Notes under the pieces: model-generated
Seen by the model: the letters and a program-made list of their open reading frames with translations, nothing else
What the model was told of the DNA's origin: nothing
Databases searched by the model: none
DNA from: Rhizaria sp. SCN 62-66
Lineage: Eukaryota
Assembly: GCA_001724265.1 (NCBI GenBank)
Contig: MEDY01000073.1
Span: 121,483-141,482, forward strand
DNA length: 20,000 nt
Direction of reading: 5' to 3'
Program-made: the position numbers and the translations under genes
Part shown: positions 1 to 12,000 of the stretch, in pieces
Layout: each line of letters opens with the position of its first letter
Numbering within the stretch: the stretch's first letter is position 1

Positions 1-3000
1 CTGCCATACGTCCTTAGCCAGCTCCATGCGGCGCTGGAAAGGGCGGTCCATGTGGCTGGCGTCATGCGTCCCGTCGGCGTCGGCCAGCGACTGGTTCGGC
101 ATCAGCGATGCCGCCGCAATGAGGCGCGACGCGTACGCGCGGTGAAACGCGGCCAGACGCGGCGCCATGGCGGACGGCGGCGTATCCTCAACGTCGTCGA
201 AGGACGCGCTAGGGCCGTGGCCCTGATGCACGCCACGCATGTGCTCGAACAGCTTCGCCTGGCGACGCGAGCGGTGGAAGCGCAGCGTCCAGTCACCGTT
301 GTAGCAGTACGCCTGCGGGCCCTCCTGCAGCTCAGACGCTGGCAGCGGGCCGCCGATGCCGCCGGGACCGGAGCCCACAGAGCCGAGCAGGTGGTGCGCA
401 GCGCCAGGGGCGCCGGGCTGGCCGGGGGCGCCGGGCTGCTGACCGTCCTTGCCCTGCTGCGCGGCATCCTTGCCCTGTTGGGCGGCGGCATCTTTGCCGT
501 CTTTGCCCTTGCCATCCTTATTGTCAGCAGCGGCGGCGCCAGTGGCGGGCGCGTCAGCCAACTCGTCGAGGTTGTCGATACCGTTAAGCGCATTAGCGGC
601 GGCCTCGGCCAGCGCGGCCTGCTTAGCGCGCTCCTCGGCGCGGCGGCGCTGCTTGGCGCGCGTGGCGTAGAGCTGCTTCACTGAGCCGACCAGCGCGGCC
701 TCGAAGCTCTGGAAGAAGCTGAGGCGCACGGCGTAGCGCAGGTGCGACACACCGAGCTTGGCAAGGTACTCTTCGAGTCCAAGGCGCGCGTACAGCGTCG
801 CCATCGACTCGTGCAGCGGCGTGCGGAGCTTGACACCCATCACGGTCGCGATCTGCGCCGGCAGCCCGTCATCGGGCGACGCGTGCGGTGCAGCGCTCGA
901 GCCGGGCGTCGCAATCGACGCCAGCGACGGCCGTCCGCTTTGCGCGCTGGACGCCGCGGGCGCAGCCTCGGGGGCGGCGGGAGTGGCGGGCGTCACGGGG
1001 GCTGCAGCGGACTTGCTGCGGCCCTTGCTGTTCTCACGGCCGTCCTTGCTCTCGTCGCCGAGCTTGCCCGACGTGGCAGCGCCGCGGCCGCGGCCCTTGT
1101 CCGAGCTGCCGGTGCGCTCGTCAGCGAGGTTGCGCGTCGTGCCCGTGCGGCGGCCGTGCGTGACGACATCAGGACCACGGTCCTTTCTACTCTTGCTGCC
1201 ACTGGCGCCAGAGTTGTTGACGGCGGCGGCGAAGCCCTCGGGGCGCGCGCAGAACTCGCTAGCAATGAGGTCGTCGACGTTGCGCTGGGTGATGTCCATC
1301 ATCTCGCGCACGACGAACTCGACGGCGTTGACGATGACTTGCGTGTGGGAGTCCAGGCGACGGCCAGCGAAGAGCGCTAGCGTGCGCTTGTCGAGCAGGA
1401 AGAGACGGCGTAGCAACATGTGGTTCACAGTCGACTGCAACGTCTTGCGCGATTCAGAGTCGGCGTTGTTGTTAGTATTGTTTCCGCGGTTGTTGCCCGC
1501 CGTCGCGCGCTGCACTTCCGCGTTGGCGCCACTGCCGGGCGGCCCCTGGTCGGAGCGCGCAGCGGCCTGCTGCGCAGTGACGGTAGACAGGTGCTTGGCA
1601 AAGGCCAGAATCGCGGGGAAATCCTTGGCGGCCTTGGCGATGACAGCAGTGGGCAGCACAGACCACGCGGCGGAGTGCTTAAGGTCGTGCTTGGCCGACT
1701 GCGCGAGACCGAGGCGCGCGACGGCAGAGCGCGAGTGCGTGCCCGACCGATCGTCCTCTTCGTCGCTCTCGTCCGAGTCCTCCAGCACGACGGTCGACGA
1801 CCAGTCGCGCCAGATCTGGTCCAGGTACTCGCTGCGCAGCGCGTGGCTCCACCCGGACTGCACGTCCTCGTCCAGACCGACCCAGTTGGTCGCCGTCACA
1901 CCGGGCGCCAGCGGCGCCAACGGAGATGTCGCAGACGCCAGACGCTTGAACGGGCAGCCACCGGACCCCATCGCGACGCCCTCGCTCGCCGCAGCGGCCG
2001 CAGCCGCCGCGGGGGCGGAGGGCGCCGCGTCGCGACCGAGCTTCTTGGTGCCAAGACCGGGAGACAGCGGCGTGGCGGACACGTTCGCGGCGGATGCACT
2101 CGCGGCGGGAGGCGCGTCGTCGGCCTCGACGGGCGCAACGCGGCGCTCGGGCGACAGCGCGCGCGCGACGACGCTGCCCGACGCGAGCGTCGCGTGCACC
2201 GTCGTCAGCGCGGGGCCCGCGCCGCCGAGGCCCGCGGGCGCGAGAAGGGGTGCCGACGCAGCGATCGTCGCGGCGATTGCGGCCACGGGCGCGGTGCCCA
2301 ACAGCGCCGCGCGCGCCTTCGCGAGCTGGCGCACTCGGGACGACAACGACGAAGACGACGCAGACGCCGCACTAGGGGCAGCGCCGAGCTTGCCGCCCAG
2401 CAGCGCCGCATCCAGGTGAGCGAGGTTCGCAGACACGGTGCCGGTGCCGCTGTGCAGCGCAGTGAGGAGACGCGAGCGCTGCTGCGCCAGCGGTGTTGCA
2501 GCCGCGGGCGTGGCGGTCTCGTCGGGGACGTTGGGCGTGGCTTCACCAGCTAGGGACTCGACGGCGGTCGCATTGCCACCGGCCGCGGCAGTCGCAGCGG
2601 CTGCAGCCGCGTTGGCGGCGTGCGAGCCGAGCACGACAACCGCGGCCATGATGTGTGGCGGCAGCGCGTTGGTGGGCACTCTCGCGGACATGTCGCACGC
2701 CAGCGCCGAGGCGGGCGTCGTGGCGTGTGAGGAGCGCGAGTGTGCTGACTTGAGCATCGTCGCAAAAGACGCCGCCCCGCCAGCCGGAGGAGAGCTCGAC
2801 AAGCGGCTGATGCTGTTGGCGTGCGAGCTAGCGCTGGTGAAGGAACTGTTCGAGTCTTGGCGGTGGAACGCGGAGCCGGTGCCGATGTCCACGGTGCCGA
2901 AGCCAATGCGCGCGCCGCCGATTGGCAGCGCCATGTCATCCGTGGTCGTCGCCACGCCGCCCGCGCTGGACCCGGCCGCGGCGCCGGAACGCGAACGGAT

Positions 3001-6000
3001 CTCGGGCCGCGCAGAGTTGGAGCGCCCGACGACGGGGCCCGCGACGGGCACGCGGCCCATCGCAGCGTCATTCTGCGCCGCGGCGGCGGCCGCCTGCGAG
3101 CAGGCCGCGGAGGACGCCGCGAGTGTGTTGGCAGCGATGATCGAGGCGCACGCGAAGCGGTTGCCCACGAGCGGGTCGGCAACGGAGGACAGCGCGAGGG
3201 AAGCAAAGACGTCGAGGTCCACTGCTGTGTCGGCCACGGGGCACACACCACCCACGTCGGCCTCAGTGTCGTCCGTCTGACGCGGGCCCTTATCCGCGCC
3301 GGCACCCGTCGTCGCAGAGGCACTGGGGCCCACGGGCGGGCGCGGTACGTTGGCACCAGTCAGCGTCGCCGCGGGGCGGCCCAGAGTCCCAGGCCCGTCG
3401 CGCGCAACGAATGGGCACTTGCCGGCAGGCATCGCGTTCCGGCCACCAGCAGCGGCAGTCGCGGCGCCGATGCCCGCGGCAGACGCGGCGGCGGCGACAG
3501 CAGCGGCGTTGGCGGCGGCGTTGACGCCATTGGCAGTCGCGCCGCCCTTGACCAGCGCCGTGTTGATGCCCGCAAGTGCGCTGTCGGCGCCATTCTGCGC
3601 GGTGACGTGGCCGGGCAGCGTGACGGGCGAGTGGCGCAGCGCGGTGGCTGCGCCCTCGCGCATGCACGCGCAGACATAGACGAGCGCCTGCAGCCAAGCA
3701 TCGGCCACACGCGGACCCACGTGTTCGCGGCTATGGTTGATCGAGTCTCCGGGATGCGACGACGTCAGCGACGAGTGCGAATGCTGGGGCGAGTGGGGCG
3801 CGCCAACGACAGTCGCGTCGCACGCCAACTGCTCGGAGCCCATGCGTGACAGCGGCGGCGTCGGGTTCACAGTGCCACTGGTGAAGCGGCCGACGCTGAC
3901 GTTGCCCTGCACAGCCACAGATGCGGACGGCATCTGCGCAGCACAGATCACCGCAGCAGAGGCTGCCGCCGCAGCAGCAGACTCACGCAGAGTGGCGTCG
4001 CCACCGGACATCGCAATCTTCTGCATAAATGGGCCAAACGGGAGCATGTAGGCCGTGCGACGGCTGTTGATGTCAGCAACGGAGGGATCAATCCAGTCAT
4101 CACCCATTGCGAACTGCAGCAAGCACAACATGACAAATGCGAGGCCGGCAAACGTGTCCGACTGTACGCGGTAATACACAGCGTGGCGACCACCGCACTG
4201 CTCCAGCGCCGACACGCGGCGGCGGTCCAGCACGGAGAGCGCGTCATCGCCGGGCGCCGTGTGTGCGAGCGCGGCAAGGTAGTCCTGGGACTGACGCGCG
4301 AGATGCGCCTGGCGCGTGTGCGCGGCAAGCGGCAGCGAGAAGGTCTGCGCGACGAGCACTGCCGCGGCCTCGCAGTGCTGCACCTGGTCCACGTTCTGCA
4401 TCAGCAGACGCGACTCAGGGTGGATGGCGTAGAAGGAGCGGAAGATGATCTCGCTGCGGGTCAGCGCGCGCAATGCACGGCTCCAAGTCGCGCGCAGCTG
4501 CACGACGACGTCGTCGTTGGGCGCGACGGGAGGGCGCGCAATGAGCTCCTGCAGGATCGCGGGCGAGATCACCCACGCGCGCGACGCGGCCGCGGAGGCA
4601 GTCGTCGACGTGCCGCTCATCACGTGAAGCAGCGGGATCCCGCTGTCGGAGCGCACGGGCGGCAGCAACAGCGGCGGTGCGACAAACGCGCTGCGGCCGT
4701 GGCGCTGCTGCGCGCCCGCGTGGTCACGATCAGCGCCGCGCGCGTCCTGACCGGGCGCGACGCCCGTGGAACCCATGGCGAGCGTGAGCGTGACGCGTGA
4801 CGAGTGCGCGATGCGTGCCATGACGGCGCCCAGGAAGCCGTGCAGGAACTGCATCGCACCCGTGGGGCCGCGGCCGATGATATTGACCAGCGGCGCCGGG
4901 AGCGGCCGGGACACCAGCGCACCGGACTCGGCCCACTGCGAGGCCAGTGAACCTGCCGTGCCGGAGTAGACCATGTCGGTGAGCTGCTCCGAGAGACGCG
5001 TCTGCGTGGCGGAGATGCCAGCGCTGGCGCCGCGGCTCTGCGGAGCGGACTGTCCACGCACCTCGAGGTGTGCGAGCGCGACGGCCTCCATGTAGGCCAG
5101 GAAGACCTTGTCGAGCATGTCGGTGGATAGTCCGGCTGAGAGCAGCACGCGCACGCTGCGCACGAAGTCAGCCTGAATGCGGCGCTGCGCCAGCACCGAG
5201 GGAGTCAGGCGCTGCGTCATTGCGGCGACGGCGGCCGCGGTGTCGGCCTCGGTGATGTTGGGCTTCGAGCCTGGGGTCGGCGTCGCACTGGGTCCGGAGA
5301 TGTTCTGCGACGCCGCGTCGAAGGCGTCGTGGCCGGCAGCGTAGAGAGGGTTAAGCGTCGCCGCCGCGAACAGCGACGAGAGGTCAAAGAGACTGCGCAC
5401 GTGGCACTGCGACGAAGGCGCGACCGAGGGCTGACCGGAGGCAGCAACGGACGCAGCAGTAGCCTGTGCGCTAATCTGCGCGAGCAAGCTGTAAAGACGC
5501 ACAATCTTGTACACCATGTTGCGGTGGTTCGTCGGGCGTAGACGCGGGTCGCGCGCCTGCGGGACCTTGTGGCCCGCGCGCGACACGCCCGCCGCCGACA
5601 TGGCTTCCGCAGCAGCGCCGTGGATGCGGTCGAGGCCTTCAGAGTAGTCGCAGAGCTGCGTGGCAACGCGGGGCGAGCGCGCGGCGAGCGTCGTGTAGAC
5701 GCGGTCCTCGAACGGCACACCAGGCCGCGTGCGCTGCGAGTGCAGCAAAGCCTGCGCAGTCGCCAGCGACTCGGCGGAGCCCATCGCGGGCGGCATCACG
5801 AAGGTCGCGGGACGCGACGGTGCCGTCGTCGGCGGCTGCGACAGCACAATCGTGTCGTCAACGTCCACCGCCTGCATCGCGACGGGGCAGCCGGCGGCCG
5901 CGGCGTGCAGCCGCAGCGTATCGAGGCTCACAGTGGCGGCGAGCAGCGCAGGCGGCAGCGGGTGCGGCACCGACAGCGTGCGGCCAGTTTCAGCGATCGT

Positions 6001-9000
6001 GATCGTGCGCGGGGCCGAGGGCGCGGGCACAGCAGCGGTCGCCTCAGCAGCCGCAGCCGCGGCGGCCGTAGCACTGGGCGCGGGGCCCGTTGTCGCGGTC
6101 GCGGTCTGCACGCCGGAGAGGATGTTGGCGAGCTGGGGGAAGTCGGGGCGCGAATCGTAGCCATCGGACGCGGCCGCGGCGGCGTCAGCAAGAACCTTGG
6201 CGCTGTAGCGCGCACGCGGCGACGCGATGTCCTTGTCCGACCCGAAGGCAGGTTTGGTACGGCCGACGCTGGCAGTGACGCTGACGTCGCAGGGCGTGAG
6301 GGGCGACGCAAGCACAGTCATCGGCAGGTGCCAGCAGGGCTGCGTGCGGATCTTGCGCGCATTGGACTGCGAGGGCCGGCCGAAGGGCGTCTCGCGCAGC
6401 GTGCAGCCGGGCGGAGTCACGTAGGCAGCGGAGTTGGGGATCGAGACCCCAGGACCGTCCCACATGACCTCGCCGCGGGCCAGAGCAACTTGTGCCGACG
6501 CCGCGTAGCGCGCTGACGCACGGCGCGCGCGCAGCCACATCTCCTGCTCGGTGCGTACGGATGAGTTTACGACGGCGCGCACAGCAAAGCTGCCGTGCGT
6601 GCTCTCGGCGGCGTCGGGCGCGGCGGCCTTGGACAGCGCGAGGCGGTCCGACGCCGCGTATGACGTCGCAAAGTCGTCCAACCCGGCGCCGTAGAGGTGC
6701 TGCGCGCGCAGCAGCGCGAGAACGTCGGAGTCGGGAATCATCCCCGTCGCCAACGACACCACTCCGGGCGTCGGGACAACGCCGCTGTTGCTGCGGCCGC
6801 GCGAGGCGTGACTACTGGTCTCGTAACTCTGTCCGATGCCGCCAATGCTGCCGCTGCGGCTGCGACGCGTGCCCGCGGGCAGCGCAGACGAACCTGAAGC
6901 GGCGTCGCGCTGCAGCGGGAAGCCGTAGGGGTTGAAGGTGTAGGTCTCGTAAGGGTTCTTGCGCGCAGCAGGAAGCGTGGACGCAACCGTGTGAATGTAC
7001 ATGTTGAGGCCGTCACTCGCAGCAAGCTCGCGCTGCAGCGCTGCGTCCTCACCAGCGGCCTCTGCAGCAGCGGCAGACATCGACGGCTCGTTATTGTCAA
7101 CGCCACCCATCAGCGGCGGAAGCGCAAGTGTGGAGCTACCGATACCGTTCGCGATCGCAGTGGTGGCGTTGCCTCCGCTACGGCGGCGCGAGTCGTTCGC
7201 TGAGGCCTGGATGCAGCCCAGCACGAGACGCATGCGCGGCAGCGTGAGCGGGCCCAGCGGTGCGAGTGCCTGGCGCCCATTGAGCGCCTCGTCCTCAAGC
7301 AGCGCCGCCTCGATGGGCAAGTCGTTGCCAATGGCGTTGAGGCGCTTGCCCAGACCGCCGAGTCCCTGTGGCACGTCGCGCAGCTTCGGCAGGTTGGCGA
7401 AGGCGTCAGTGAGCGTGTTGAGGTGGCGGCGGCGCTGCGCGTAGTACAGATGCAGCTGCGGGCGCCACTGCTCTGGAGGCAGGGACAGCGGCATTGACAC
7501 AGGGAACAACAGCGAAGAGGCGTGTGGGTTGCTCGCGGCCGTGAAGGATGGCAGCGGGCGCGCGTAGCCACCCGTGGTGACGGCCGTGGCATCGGGCGAC
7601 GTGGCCGGCACGAGTGTGGTCATCTTGACCGACGTCAGCGCGATAGTCGCCAGCGCCGACGCCAGCGTCATAGATGCAGAATTGGCACCGCCCGTGCCGT
7701 TGCGCGTGCTGTGGCGCGGCATCGCCGACATTTGCGACGCAGCTAGCGCTGACGCGGCGGCGCCCGACTCGCTGGCGGATGTGGAGCCGACTCTAGGAGC
7801 AACGCTCTCGTCAGCAGCACCCGCGGCGGCGGCAGCGACGGCGCGGCACGTGGTCTCGTTGGCGACGTCGATAAGCGGCACGGCGGCGTGGTCGGCGAGG
7901 TAGCTGAGCAGCGGGAACATGTCCGCGTACACGCCGACGATGCCGATGGAGCGGCAGTGCACGAGCACGGGCGAGCCGTCGTGCAGCAGGTATGACACGT
8001 CGATGCCCGAGGCCACCGTGACGTCCACCAGGAGCTCTCTGCCGCGGGAGATGTCAATCTGGCCGGGGTGGTACAATAGCAGCGGCACGCCGCGGTCGCG
8101 CACGGTCGCCGCGACGCTATTGGTCACGCCCTGTGTGAGCGGCAGCGCCGACAGGAACGCTGACAGTGAGTCGATGTCCGTGAAGGGGCAGCCGTCGGCC
8201 GAAACACGCGGTCCGTCGTCCACGCCGCCCGCGGGAGCGGCGGGCGTGTCCTGGTGCAGCTGCGCCGCCGAAGCGGGACCGTTGGAGCTCATGCCCGTGT
8301 GCGGCGTGCGCATGCCATGCGCGGCTGGCGCAGTCCCCGCGGTGCCAGGACCGGCGGCGAGGTCGACGCCGGAACGCGAGACCGAGAGCGAGCCGTCGGC
8401 GCGCACCAGCACGGGACCCGATGGCGTACCGCGCTCTGATTTGCGCGAGTGGCCCAAGAAGGTGCGCTCGGCGCGGTCGGCGCGCAGCACGGCGTCAGTC
8501 AGCGTCGCAGGTTCGAACGACGCGCGGTGCGGCGGGTCGTACCACGAGCGGCCCGGTAGCGCCGTGATCTGCTGGTGGTGCGCGATGACCGTGGACGAGG
8601 GCGGGCCCAGCGCGCAGATCTGCAGCCGGCCGCAGAGGCTCCAGCCGACGAGCGGGACGTCAACGAAGGGCGCTGCGGGGCTGCTGCCCAGCGCGCCGGG
8701 CGGCATGTCGGGCGGGTACGCCACGCGCGGCAGGTGCGGCAGGCGCTGTTCGTTCAGCAACGGCATGCGCGGCGCGCGCGTCACACTTGGCGCGGACAAC
8801 GCTGTGGAGGACGGCAGACTGGCGAGCACGGCGTCGGGGATCTGGGAGTGTCCGTGGCGTCCGCTGCGGCGCCCGCTGCGGTGGCTGCGGCGGCCGTTGC
8901 TGTCGTCAGCCTTGGCGTCAACGACGGCCGCGGACGTGTTCGCAGCGGTCGCGTTATTGGCATCGTCTTCCTCTGCGTCGCTGTCGTCTACGTCGCGGTC

Positions 9001-12000
9001 GCATTGCGAGCCTGAGCCACAAGCGCGCGCGGCGGCGGCAGCGGCCTCGGGCGTGTCCTCCGCGCTGAGCGCCGCGCTGTGGCGCAGCCCGACGCCACCG
9101 GAGCCAAGGTTGTAGAGGCCGGAGCCCGAGGCAGCAAGCGCGACGGGCGGCAGCGAGGACCACGACCACAAGGGTGCGGGAATAACGAGATCCGGGCGCA
9201 GCAAGCGAGGGGAGCCGGGCGCGCCGTCGACGAACGGCGACGGCTGCGGCACCAGCGCGGCAGCCGCGGCGTGGATCGAGACGTCGGCCGAGAAGGCCGC
9301 GTTGGGCAGGTACATGCGCAGCGGGTGGCGCATGGCGTGCGCGGCACCGAGCAGCAGCCCGCCGCGCGCGACGAAGCTGTGCGCGCGACGCCGGCCCTCG
9401 GCAACGACGTCGGAAAGCCAGGTAGCGAGCCACAGCCACGAAGCCTGCACGTCGCGCGACCAGATCATGTCGCGCGCGTCGGCGTCCACCGACAGCGCCT
9501 CGTCGCCCTTGGCAGCGGCAGCGACCGCGCTCGAGGCGCCGGCACCCGGAGCGCTGGCGGAGCCAATGCGGAAGCCGGAGCTGAGCGTGGGCGACGTGGT
9601 GGGCGAGCCTGAGGCGGAGGAGAAGCCCGACAGACCAGCGCCGTGCGCGCCGCGGCGGGTGCGACCCGGCGCGGCGGTGGGCGCGGGTGCGGCGGCGGTG
9701 GGGCGAGTGGAAGCGCGGTAGGCAGCGACGGAGGGCATGATGCCGGCGAGCAGCGCGACGTTAGGCGAGTGCGAGTGCGAGAGCGAGAGCAGCCACAACA
9801 GGGACGAGAGCACTGGCGAGGAGCGCGCGAACACGGCGGCGGGCACGCACGGGTCGATGAGTGCGGGCGACTGGCGCTGTGCCGCGGTGAGCGTGAGCGA
9901 CTCGGCCGCGGTCGCGCGGGGGTCCGCGTTGGGGCCGCCCGGGGAGCCGGACGGGGAAGCGGACGCAGTGGCGGCGGCGGCTGCGGCGGCCACTGCGGCA
10001 TCGACAGCCGAGGTGGTGCTCAGGCGGCGCGGTGGCGCGGGCGTCTTGCTGGCCTCCTTGGCGGCGGTGACGGCGCGCTGCGCGGCGGCCTGGATCTCGG
10101 GGTCGTGGTACTCGGGCAGTGCGGGCGGCGCGGGCGGCAGCGCGGCCGAATCGAAGACCGTCGTGGTGGGGGTGTAGGACAGGATCGTGCTGAGGAGCGT
10201 AGAGCCAGTGAGCGGGGTGTGCACTTCGGCCGCGGGGTGCAAAGAGAACTGCGCGAACGACCACTCCTCGATGGCGCGGTACAGCGCCGAAAAGAAGGCC
10301 GGCGGTACCGCGGTAGCCACGGCGAGCACGGTGTACGCGTGCGACATGGCCGCGAAGAAGCCGTCAGGGTCCTGCGCCGTCGCGAAGGGGAACGGACGCG
10401 TGTAGTAGCCGCTGTGCGCGCCCTTGGAGCCGGAGGCGGAGCGGTGGCGTCCGCTGCTGATGCGCGACACTGACGGCTGGTGCAGCGGCTGTCCACCGTG
10501 CGCGTGCGAGTGCGCGGGCGCGGAGCTAGGGGACGAGCCTGCGACGTCGGCCGCGGTGCGGTGGACGATGAAGGGCGCGGGCAGGTGCGCGAGGATGAGG
10601 CGCACGGCGAGCTCCATCACCGGCGACGCCTGCAGCAGCGGCTTCGCGGGCGGCGCGGGTGGCGGCGGCAGCGGGGTATCCCCAAGCGCCGCGGCAGGCG
10701 CCGGCGCGGGCTCAGCCGCGGGCGCTGCGGCGGCCACGGCGGCCGGGTACGTGTTTGCGAGCGCGGTCAGCAGCGTGGACAGCGAGGCGGCGGCGGCCTC
10801 ACCGGCGCGCGTCCAGCTCGCGGGGGCAGCGCTGTTGGCCGGCGCGCGGAAGAGCGAGTTGGGCCCCGAGGTGGCGACGCTGTCGAAGCCACCGGACGCG
10901 GGCAGCACCATTACGATGGGCTTGGTGCCGGCGACAAGCGCGGACGACGCGTTGCGCAGTGCGAGAGCGACGCGGCCACGGATCAGCGGCAGCGCACCTG
11001 AGACGCGGCCCCACAGGTGGAAGAATCCGCGTGACGCGCGCAGCAGTGCTGTGCGGTAACCTAACGTGTCACGCTCGGACTCAGACACCATGGCCGAGAG
11101 CGGGAAAGAGGGCAGCATCGTGATGAGCGAGTTGTCGGGCACGCCGCGGTTGAGCGCGGGTAGCGTCAGCAGCACGCGGCGTGGGTTGAACGCGTCCAGC
11201 ACGCCCAGCGGGCGCGGCGTCACGAAGGGCGCCGAGGGGCCCAGTCCGGCGGCCGCGAGCAGCGCGCTCGACTGCTCGCTGAGCATGAGAGCTCTACCGC
11301 CCGCGGGCGGCGAGCGGCCCGCCATGCCAGGCACCAGGAGCGTCAGCGCGCCCACAGCATGCGAGGGCGGGGAGCTGGTGACGTTGGCGTACTGCTGTAG
11401 CAGAGGGCGCGCCTGCGGGGACATCGGCGGCCGGCCGTGGGCGCCGCGGCGGCCCGAGTGCGGGGAGCGGCCGTACGCGCGCGACGACAGCGGCATCTGG
11501 GGGCCGCCCATTCCGTCACCGTGGCCGTGCCGGAAGCCGCGCGCCGAGAGCACCTGTCCGAAGGCGAGCGAGCCGGGCGTGGAGCCGAACGCGAGCGCGA
11601 TGGGCGAGTCCTCGGGCCGCAGCAGGCGGTTGTGGTGACGGTGCGAGCGGCGCGCGGACAGCACGCCGACCATATTGGGCTCGTTCGCTGCGGCTGCTGC
11701 CAGCGCGGGCGAGCCCATGGTGGCAAGCAGCTCGCGGCGGAGGACCTCGGGCGCCTCAGAGCCAGGGTGCAGACGGCCCTGGACGGGATTGTACTGGCCG
11801 TTGCTGAGCAGCGAGGCCGTAATCGCAGAGGCCTCCTGCATGCCCAAAGAGCCGCGAAGCAGCATGTCCATCGGCGGCTCGAACGGGCCAGTGAGTGCGG
11901 CCGGCGTCAGAGCGGGGAGCTCGGACAGGAACGGGCACTGCGCGTCGGTCGAGGCAAGCAGAGACAGAGAAACAAGCGATGCGACACCGCGCATCGTGTC

